DNA of 59,981 bases, counting the filler. It is 8 parts of 8 records of this genome, joined end to end, with 100 filler letters (N's around TTAATTAATTAA, not from the genome) between each part and the next. Parts side by side here need not be neighbours in the genome. Positions count along the whole stretch, not along the records: positions 1 to 5,913 come from SRR31156797_6835; positions 6,014 to 11,889 come from SRR31156797_6836; 6 more parts are not named here. One strand, written 5' to 3'. How positions within the stretch are numbered: position 1 is the first letter of the stretch; every line of letters begins with the position of its first letter. This document shows, piece by piece, positions 1 through 7,397 of the stretch. The notes under the pieces were generated by a model. It worked only from the letters and a program-made list of their open reading frames with translations. It searched no databases and was not told the origin of the DNA. Made by a program: the position numbers and the translations under genes.

Positions 1-24
1 GTCTCATAAGTAATTGATTATTAA

Positions 25-183
25 TCATTGAATCAGGAGTTCTGAAATTACCATCGGTTTGGCTTTGTTTTTCAGACTTACCCCGCCAACCTTTTCGCAG
101 TTGAAGGATTCCTTTACTTGTTGGTAATATGCTGTACTGATCATGTTTTTTCCGGAGCCGGCATCAGAAACCAACAGTTTCAA
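25..183 (-). pseudogene. Degenerate duplicate of the 3' end of a class III adenylate/guanylate cyclase gene
   Basis: The minus strand reads ...MISTAYYQQVKESFNCEKVGGVSLKNKAKPMVISELLIQ*. Positions 51-145 align without gaps to 5819-5913 at 76/95 identical nt (hand count). An in-frame stop lies just upstream, so only this fragment is present. Confidence 0.75.
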
Positions 184-236
184 TATTTAAAACTTTCAAT
201 ACCTTTGACTACCAAAGCAAACTTAACAAACCGAAA

Positions 237-1124
237 GTGGAAGAAAAAGTTGATATGGAGCATAAAAAGAAACTTTACAAGCAATTACTAATTAAGTCTT
301 TTCCAAAAAATTTATTGATTGAGAAACCCTATTTGGGATCAATCGTTTTTTTCGTCGTACTTTTTGTCTTTTTAGCCATTTACCGTCCATTGGATGTGCG
401 TGCATCGGGAGATCTGGGTTTTTATCTAACGATGCTCGCCTATTGTTCCATCATTTCATTAACCGAACTGGCTCTGGCCCTTACGATTTCACACACCAAT
501 TGTTTCAGGCCCAAAGGCAACTGGACCATCCTCAGTGAATTGCTATCGATCGTAGTGATATTAACCGGTATCGGGATTTCAGTATATTTTGCCGGGTTTA
601 TGCTGGAGCCTGCAGATTCACGATGGAACCTCGCTACCTTTTTCGATTCGTTTTCACGTTCCATGCTTATTGGCGCAATCCCTGTTGTTTTACCATCGCT
701 GCTTAATATTCGGTATGCTTTTGCGAATGAGACTTTTCAAAGCTTTGAACAAAAAAACAACGCTGGTGAAGACCAACGCATATTAATTCATATTGAATCG
801 AAAGCCAAAAAAGAACACCTGGAATTTTATGATGATGAATTTGTTTATGCCGAATCAAGTGGAAATTATGTGGATTTTCATCTCCAGAAGCAAGACAAAA
901 AAGAAAAGGTAATCATCCGAAACTCCATGAGCGAAATTGAAGTCCAACTCCACGGCTTCCCATATTTTATGCGCACGCATCGCGCTTTTATTGTTAACCT
1001 GAATAAAATATCCTCGCGAAAAGGAAACGCTTTGGGGTATCGGTTAACGCTAACAGGGTTTGAAAATAAACATGTTCCCGTTTCGCGCCAGAATGTCCGC
1101 AAATTCGAAGAAATGATGAGCTGA
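237..1124 (+). CDS. Membrane-anchored LytTR-family transcriptional regulator
   Basis: About four hydrophobic N-terminal segments, then a C-terminal LytTR domain (YAESSGNYV...FMRTHRAFIVNL...VPVSR). The true start may be the ATG at about 255. Confidence 0.9.
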   Translation: MEEKVDMEHKKKLYKQLLIKSFPKNLLIEKPYLGSIVFFVVLFVFLAIYRPLDVRASGDLGFYLTMLAYCSIISLTELALALTISHTNCFRPKGNWTILSELLSIVVILTGIGISVYFAGFMLEPADSRWNLATFFDSFSRSMLIGAIPVVLPSLLNIRYAFANETFQSFEQKNNAGEDQRILIHIESKAKKEHLEFYDDEFVYAESSGNYVDFHLQKQDKKEKVIIRNSMSEIEVQLHGFPYFMRTHRAFIVNLNKISSRKGNALGYRLTLTGFENKHVPVSRQNVRKFEEMMS

Positions 1125-1139
1125 TTCCGGCTTTCCGTT

Positions 1140-1219
1140 CATAACAATAACCTTGCTTCTCATCCCAATTTTATTCCGGGATTTGCCTGTTATCACAATT
1201 GTTAGCTGAGTATCCCAAC
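1140..1219 (+). promoter_or_regulatory. Putative LytTR-binding direct repeats
   Basis: Four copies of YATMMCAA at 1140, 1161, 1191 and 1211 (spacings 21, 30, 20) lie between the LytTR gene and the receptor gene. Confidence 0.5.
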
Positions 1220-1276
1220 TATTTGGTAAGTACCTGTAACCGTGTATTTCTTTGCATTAAACCTTAAAATTTTAAT

Positions 1277-3637
1277 GTGATGAAAAACTTAGTTATCAAA
1301 TCATTCCAGGTATTAATTTACACCTTCTTTGGGGTGTTACTTTTCAATGCATCGGGCTTGTATGCCCAAAACACCTCTTCCGTAAAAGGACAGGTTTTTG
1401 ACAAAAAGAGTAACCAGCCGGTACCTTTTGCAACAATCCGTTTGGAAAAAATATCAGGCCAGACATCAACACTCGTAACCGGAACCATCAGTGAATTCAA
1501 TGGCACTTTTCAAATTGATGAAATAGACGGGGGTAAATATAATTTAAGGATCAGTTCGATTGGTTTTAAGCAGGCAATAAAAACGATTGAAATATCAGGC
1601 CAACGCACAATTGATGCAGGAACATTTTTTCTTCAGGATTCGGCAGCGTTGCTTCAGGAATTCGTTGTAAAAGGTGACCGCATTAAAGGAAAGGCAGAAA
1701 AAGATAAGTCCATTTATTTTATAGATAAAAAAGTGCATAGCGCTACCGGCAACACGCCGGGGCTCCTGAGGCACATTCCGGGTGTGCAGGTCGATCTGAA
1801 GCAAAATATTTCGGTCAACGGAAACACTGACATCCTGATTTTTGTGGACGGAAAAGAACACGACAAAAGTTATATCAGTCAGCTTAACCCATCACGAATA
1901 GCCAAAATAGAAGTGATGGATACGCCTCCATCCAATTATGACGGGAACGTGTCCGGAGTTATCAATATCATCCTGAAAAAAGAAAAAATCAGCGGTATAA
2001 GCGGACATGTATTTTCTGAAATACCCACTTCTAAGGCGGTGGTTTATTCGTTCCCAACTGCCGGTATCAATTACAGCTACAATAAAGTGAACCTTTACAC
2101 TTCGTACAACGGCGAAATAAACTATGAAGACATTGATGAAAAAACGATCTGGCAATTTGAAGGCAACAATACACCCAGGGAAATCACTTCCATCCAGCAC
2201 GTCAGACAAAAAAACCTGTCACACAAATTTAATTATGGAATAGATTATCACCTGACTTCGAGAGACGTTATCAATTTTTACGGCTTTTATAACCACTACG
2301 CTTACGAACAGGATGGCGATGCAGTAGTGCAGGCCAATGAAAGCAATGCCGACTTATGGAATACAACCAAAGATGAAACAGATAAAAATCAAAACCTGTT
2401 TAACTCACTTTATTACAAACATTTGTTTAGCACTGAAGGAAGTGAAATTTCAATCGATATCAGCAATGCACATATCCAATCCAACAACAAGATTTCATAT
2501 ATCTATGATTCCCTCATTCATGTCAATACAAAACGACCGGAACAAAAAACCAACAGCATAAGGGTTGATTTTAAATCGCCATTTGGCAACAGGTTTCAAT
2601 TCAGTTCGGGGGTAAAGTTCAAATCAAGGAAAATGCACGACAATTCATCTGATGGGTTCCAATACAATGAGCGTGTTTATGCCATATATGGCTCGTTGAA
2701 CTACGCACTTTCAAAGTTTGATTTCAATATTGGCCTGAGGGCAGAAGATGCTGTAACTGAACTAAACGACAGCCAAAAATCATCCTGCTTTTCATTGTTG
2801 CCATACACTGCTGTGCATTACAAGATTGATGAACAAAACAGCCTCAACTTTTCCTATCGCCGGTCAGTCACCCGTCCTTCGGTGTATTTGCTTACCCCTT
2901 ACTCCTATTTTGAAACTCCGTTCAACATCCAAACCGGAAACCCCAATCTAAGTCCGGCATTCTATAACCAGGTTCAGTTAGAATTTGCCACCCAAATAAA
3001 AGGTAATTTCTTATCTGTGCGCCTATTTCACCAGTCAACATCCAATGCCATTAACAATTTAACGTATTTAAACAGTAACGATATAATAGTAACCCAACCC
3101 CAAAACCTCGGTAACATCGAACAATATGGTGTGCAGTTAACAGGGTCTTTCGTGGACGGAATGGTTTCTATAAATCCTTCATTCCGCTTGTACAACCAGG
3201 CAACCGCGCCAAACAACAAGGCAAAACAATACGGTATAAGCAGTAAAAACAATCTTGTTTTTGAAACCGGATTTTCATCCATCATTTCATTTCAAAATGA
3301 CTATGCCTTGTCGCTTATTTTCCAATATAAATCAACAATAGAAAATATTCAGGACAACTCATACAGTGACGCCCTTTATTTTATTTCGCTCGATAAAACC
3401 TTCCGGGAAAAAATTAAGGTTGGAATTGTCAGTGCCCTTCCGTTTGCCAAAAACTTTGTTTATCAGGGAGCGGATATTAAAGCGCCCGGTTTTTCCAGTG
3501 AATACACCGGCAATTTAAAACTCCCTAAAATTCCTCTGATGTTCAGGATCAATTACCAGTTCAATACCGGGAAAAACAGGAACAAAATCAGCCGCACCAT
3601 GGAGCAGGTTGACAGAAAGCCCAAACAGGGATTATAA
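1277..3637 (+). CDS. TonB-dependent receptor / outer-membrane beta-barrel protein with N-terminal carboxypeptidase-regulatory-like domain
   Basis: Signal peptide, VKGQVFD...PVPFATI domain, plug motifs (LLRHIPGVQVD, PSNYDG...GVINIILKK), GNPNLSP, and a terminal beta-strand RINYQF. Confidence 0.88.
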   Translation: MMKNLVIKSFQVLIYTFFGVLLFNASGLYAQNTSSVKGQVFDKKSNQPVPFATIRLEKISGQTSTLVTGTISEFNGTFQIDEIDGGKYNLRISSIGFKQAIKTIEISGQRTIDAGTFFLQDSAALLQEFVVKGDRIKGKAEKDKSIYFIDKKVHSATGNTPGLLRHIPGVQVDLKQNISVNGNTDILIFVDGKEHDKSYISQLNPSRIAKIEVMDTPPSNYDGNVSGVINIILKKEKISGISGHVFSEIPTSKAVVYSFPTAGINYSYNKVNLYTSYNGEINYEDIDEKTIWQFEGNNTPREITSIQHVRQKNLSHKFNYGIDYHLTSRDVINFYGFYNHYAYEQDGDAVVQANESNADLWNTTKDETDKNQNLFNSLYYKHLFSTEGSEISIDISNAHIQSNNKISYIYDSLIHVNTKRPEQKTNSIRVDFKSPFGNRFQFSSGVKFKSRKMHDNSSDGFQYNERVYAIYGSLNYALSKFDFNIGLRAEDAVTELNDSQKSSCFSLLPYTAVHYKIDEQNSLNFSYRRSVTRPSVYLLTPYSYFETPFNIQTGNPNLSPAFYNQVQLEFATQIKGNFLSVRLFHQSTSNAINNLTYLNSNDIIVTQPQNLGNIEQYGVQLTGSFVDGMVSINPSFRLYNQATAPNNKAKQYGISSKNNLVFETGFSSIISFQNDYALSLIFQYKSTIENIQDNSYSDALYFISLDKTFREKIKVGIVSALPFAKNFVYQGADIKAPGFSSEYTGNLKLPKIPLMFRINYQFNTGKNRNKISRTMEQVDRKPKQGL

Positions 3638-3734
3638 AAATCGCTAATTTAAAAAGCTCTTATTTATTCGAGGCATGAATTAGGATTACCATAAAAAAAG
3701 ATTAAGCATACTTTTGACTATCGGACCAAAAACA

Positions 3735-3821
3735 ATGTTCAAACAACCTTACAAAAATATAGCTGACATTCTGTACAAGGCACCAGGGAGTAACAACGAA
3801 CCAGACTATATCAGGAGATAA
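3735..3821 (+). pseudogene. Decayed 5' remnant of a type I restriction-modification methyltransferase (HsdM N-terminus)
   Basis: Reads MFKQPYKNIADILYKAPGSNNEPDYIRR*. This resembles, from memory, HsdM N-termini of the form MFEQTFKNIDDILHKDAGCGSELDYVEQ. The frame is lost after about 26 codons. Confidence 0.5.
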
Positions 3822-4022
3822 ACTTAGCCATTTATGGTACCTAAAAAAACCCATTCCCCATAAGGCTTTACTGGAAAACATACTTTAGCCGACCCGACAA
3901 GCAACGAATAATATAATGCCGTTTGAGCCAGATAAAAGAGACAGAAAAAACTATAAATTTGTATGCGAAGAAAAAGTACATCTTAACGTTAAGAAAAAAA
4001 AGAGAATTTGTTTGGGTAGGTT

Positions 4023-4916
4023 ATGAAAGGAATGTATTACAGAAGAAAATTATTATTGGCTTTACTTCAGGTTTTTGATGGCAGGCTCGAAAAACTCAGT
4101 TTACAAAAACTTTTGTTTTTAGTTACCCGTCAGCAGCGCGTAAAAAGCTATGATTTTGTACCCTACAAATTTGGTTGTTTCTCATTTCAGGCAAATGCCG
4201 ATTTGCATACACTTACAAAATACAATTTGATACGCGAATCAACATCAAACTGGGAACGTACGGATGAATCCTGTTATATTGATACTTTAAAAAAAGAAGA
4301 CAAGGCCATTATTCTTGATGCAAGACATCAATTTGGCAATTTAAGCACCAACGCATTAATTAAGTTGACATATCAAAAGCACCCATACTACGCAATCAAT
4401 AGCACCATCTTAAAAGAAGTATTAAATGCACAGGAATTAAAAAAGGTAAAAAGGCAAAAAAGAACCAGCAACAAAAATGTTCTGTTTACTATTGGTTATG
4501 AAGGCATTTCCCTGGAAACCTACATAAACAAGTTGATAATAAACGATGTGAAGCTATTGTGCGATGTACGAAAAAATTCGTTTAGCATGAAGTACGGTTT
4601 TAGCAAATCACAATTGAGTAATGCTTGTAATGGCGTTGGCATAAAGTTCGTGCATATCCCCGAACTTGGCATTCAATCGGAAAAAAGACGAGCATTGAAC
4701 AGCCAGACAGATTATGATGTGTTATTTGAAGAATACAAAAAAACAGTGCTAAAGAATTTTGTTGATAAACAAAAGGAGATTCTACAATTATTGAGAAGCG
4801 AAAAACGAATTGCAATAACTTGTTTTGAGAAAAACATAAATCAATGCCACCGAAAACATCTCGCCTATTCAATAGAAAGTCTGGATGAATTTAGTTTCCC
4901 TGTAAAACATATATAA
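4023..4916 (+). CDS. DUF488-domain protein with N-terminal winged-helix (SocA/Panacea- or DarG-C-like) domain
   Basis: The C-terminal half has DUF488 motifs FTIGYEG, DVR, ELG and CFE-x5-CHR. The N-terminal about 140 aa carry an LQKLLFL...YDFVPYKFGCFS pattern. Confidence 0.85.
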   Translation: MKGMYYRRKLLLALLQVFDGRLEKLSLQKLLFLVTRQQRVKSYDFVPYKFGCFSFQANADLHTLTKYNLIRESTSNWERTDESCYIDTLKKEDKAIILDARHQFGNLSTNALIKLTYQKHPYYAINSTILKEVLNAQELKKVKRQKRTSNKNVLFTIGYEGISLETYINKLIINDVKLLCDVRKNSFSMKYGFSKSQLSNACNGVGIKFVHIPELGIQSEKRRALNSQTDYDVLFEEYKKTVLKNFVDKQKEILQLLRSEKRIAITCFEKNINQCHRKHLAYSIESLDEFSFPVKHI

Positions 4917-5728
4917 TGGCAAGAACAAAAGTTTTAATAACCGTAAAAACATACCCGTCAATTTCTACAAAATATGAGGAAATAGTCTGTACCGCAGGTA
5001 TGAAAGAAACCGGTGAGTGGATTAGAATTTATCCTGTGCCTTTCCGAAAGCTGCCTTATGCCCAACAGTATCCAAAGTATCAATGGGTAGAAATAGATAT
5101 GGTGAAAAATACCAGCGATTTCAGACCGGAAAGTTATCGGCCAAGAAACATTGACGCAGAAGACCTTATTGTTATCGGAGAAAAGATTGACACAAAACAC
5201 AAGTGGGCAAAACGAAAAGAAATCGTTTTACAAAATGTATATACGAATTTAAGTAAGTTAATCGATGAGGCTAAAACAGAAGGAGAATACACGTCTTTAG
5301 CAGTGTTTAAGCCAACCCGCATTAAAGATTTTATTGTAGAGAAAGCAGCTCGTGACTGGAATGATAAGCAAAAGGCTGCCCTACAGCAAGGGAATCTCTT
5401 TGAGGATAAAAGCGATTTTGAAGTTGTGAAAAAACTGCCCTACAAGTTTAGCTATGTTTTTGAAGATTGCTACGGGAAAGAAAGTACGCTAATGAATGAA
5501 GATTGGGAAGTTGGCGCACTTTATTGGAATTGTTTAAAAAACAACAACGGAGACGAAAAATCTGCTTGTGATGATGTAAAGAAGAAGTACTGGGATGACT
5601 TTGCCAAAACAAAAGACCTACATTTTTTCCTGGGTACAACCAAGTTAAATCAACTGAGAGCGCCGAATCCTTTTGTGATTATCGGAACCTTTCATCCGCC
5701 AATTGAGTTGCAACAAAGTTTATTCTAA
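4916..5728 (+). CDS. Uncharacterised DUF488-associated protein, probably dual-OB-fold-like, with beta-clamp-like motifs
   Basis: Coupled to the DUF488 gene by a TAATG overlap. The N-terminal VCTAG...GEWIRIYP resembles the CxAG...GxWIRP signature of dual-OB proteins. It contains QGNLF and ends in QQSLF. Confidence 0.7.
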   Translation: MARTKVLITVKTYPSISTKYEEIVCTAGMKETGEWIRIYPVPFRKLPYAQQYPKYQWVEIDMVKNTSDFRPESYRPRNIDAEDLIVIGEKIDTKHKWAKRKEIVLQNVYTNLSKLIDEAKTEGEYTSLAVFKPTRIKDFIVEKAARDWNDKQKAALQQGNLFEDKSDFEVVKKLPYKFSYVFEDCYGKESTLMNEDWEVGALYWNCLKNNNGDEKSACDDVKKKYWDDFAKTKDLHFFLGTTKLNQLRAPNPFVIIGTFHPPIELQQSLF

Positions 5729-5795
5729 CTTGCATTACCCCATCCTCCAACTCAGGTTCTGCAAAAAAAAATGACAGGATTTGCATCTGAAATTA

Positions 5796-5912
5796 CTACT
5801 CCACCACCTCATAAATCACCATGGGTTTGGCTTTGTTTTTCAGGTTTACTTCGCCCACCTTTTTGCATTTGAAGGACTCTTTTACTTTTTCGTAAGAACC
5901 CTCACTGATGAT
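5796..5912 (-). CDS. 3' end of a class III adenylate/guanylate cyclase domain protein (truncated by contig end)
   Basis: Reads IISEGSYEKVKESFKCKKVGEVNLKNKAKPMVIYEVVE*, a typical cyclase C-terminal pattern (I-S-x3-Y...G-x3-LK-x-K...IYEV). It is missing from the ORF track. Confidence 0.8.
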   Translation of the reverse strand: MISEGSYEKVKESFKCKKVGEVNLKNKAKPMVIYEVVE

Positions 5913-5913
5913 G

Positions 5914-6013
5914 NNNNNNNNNNNNNNNNNNNNNNNNNNNNNNNNNNNNNNNNNNNNTTAATTAATTAANNNNNNNNNNNNNNNNNNNNNNNNNNNNNNN
6001 NNNNNNNNNNNNN
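5914..6013. other. Artificial contig linker
   Basis: N44-TTAATTAATTAA-N44, with stops in all six frames. Confidence 0.99.
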
Positions 6014-6101
6014 AAGCGCCCGCTACCCCCTCTGCGGGGGACACCCCCGCAACGCCCCCGGGGGAGGTTTTTGGCCGGGTGTATTGTTTTGGGGGTGGGG
6101 T

Positions 6102-7397
6102 GTGAGAGAGGGGTGGTTTGAAACTACTATTGGTGAACAAGTTACTTTGCAGCGTGGATTTGATATAACAAAAAAGCAGCAAGTTCCAGGAGAAGTTCCT
6201 GTCATTTCTTCTGGCGGAATCTCTAGTAATCATAATGATTTTAAAGTTCATGGACCCGGAGTAATTCTTGGACGAAAAGGTTCATTGGGAACTGTTTTTT
6301 ATTCAGAAAGAAACTACTGGCCTCATGATACCACCTTGTGGGTAAAAGACTTTAAAAAAAATAATCCAAAGTTTGTGTATTACTTTTTCTTAAATATGGC
6401 AGATACATTAAAATCTATGGATGTTGGAGCTGCAAATCCGGCATTGAATAGAAATCATGTTCATCCTATCGAAATAACATGGCCGGATCGTTTAGAGCAA
6501 GATCGGATTGTCGAAATATTATCTTCTCTTGATAATAAAATCGATATTAACAATCAAATCAATACCACCCTTGAAGTCATGACTCAGGCTCTCTTCAAAT
6601 CCTGGTTTGTGGATTTTGATCCGGTTAAGGCTAAGATTGAGGTTTTGGAATCCGGAGGCACTGCTGAAGAGGCGGAGATTGCTGCCATGGGGGCAATCAG
6701 TGGGAAGAGTGCTGAAGAGTTGAAGGTTATGGAAGATGCCGATCCTGACTCCTATGCTCAACTGAGGGACACGGCTGCTCTTTTTCCGGATAAGCTTGTG
6801 GAGAGTGAGTTGGGATTGATCCCGGAGGGGTGGGAGGTTAAGTCGCTAGACGAATTAGCACATTATCAGAATGGGTTAGCGTTGCAGAAGTTTCGCCCGG
6901 AAGATGAAAATGATTTCTTACCAGTATTAAAAATCGCTCAACTGAAAAAGGGGACGACAGATGGAGCCGAGAAAGCATCTCCAAAAATAAAGCCTGAATG
7001 TATTGTAGCTAACGGAGACTTAATTTTTTCTTGGTCAGGTTCATTATTCGTTGATATCTGGTGTGGTGGACCTGCTGCTTTAAATCAACATCTTTTCAAA
7101 GTTACTTCAGTTAATTATCCTAAATGGCTATATTACTACTATACAAAACACCATCTTCAGGAATTTATTCGAATTGCGGCAGCAAAAGCCGTTACAATGG
7201 GACACATAAAAAGAGTACATCTTTCTCAAGCAAGATCTCCAATACCAAAGATTCAAGTTATTGAATCTTTATCGGGTTATTTTGCATCTCATTTGGATTT
7301 ACAGATTGAAAATCGGTTAGAAATTTCATCTCTCTCAACTCTAAGAGATGAATTATTAAGTAAACTTTTTTCTAGTGATGGAGCGGTGTTAAAATGA
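6102..7397 (+). CDS. hsdS: Type I restriction-modification specificity subunit
   Basis: Two TRDs separated by the conserved helical region (EQDRIVEILSSLDNKI...QALFKSWFVDF...ESELGLIPEGW) and a C-terminal LRDELL. GTG at 6102 is the likely start. Confidence 0.93.
   Translation: MREGWFETTIGEQVTLQRGFDITKKQQVPGEVPVISSGGISSNHNDFKVHGPGVILGRKGSLGTVFYSERNYWPHDTTLWVKDFKKNNPKFVYYFFLNMADTLKSMDVGAANPALNRNHVHPIEITWPDRLEQDRIVEILSSLDNKIDINNQINTTLEVMTQALFKSWFVDFDPVKAKIEVLESGGTAEEAEIAAMGAISGKSAEELKVMEDADPDSYAQLRDTAALFPDKLVESELGLIPEGWEVKSLDELAHYQNGLALQKFRPEDENDFLPVLKIAQLKKGTTDGAEKASPKIKPECIVANGDLIFSWSGSLFVDIWCGGPAALNQHLFKVTSVNYPKWLYYYYTKHHLQEFIRIAAAKAVTMGHIKRVHLSQARSPIPKIQVIESLSGYFASHLDLQIENRLEISSLSTLRDELLSKLFSSDGAVLK

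Noticed and set aside
5958-5969. Recurrent TTAATTAATTAA palindrome as a biological repeat or CRISPR repeat
   Set aside because: It is always centred in N-runs of fixed length, which marks it as a synthetic six-frame-stop spacer.
6014-6101. G/C-run-rich stretch as a G-quadruplex or regulatory element, and the ORFs at 5958-6251 and 6023-6205
   Set aside because: It lies at the contig edge and is homopolymer-rich where an hsdM tail would be expected. It is most likely low-quality sequence.
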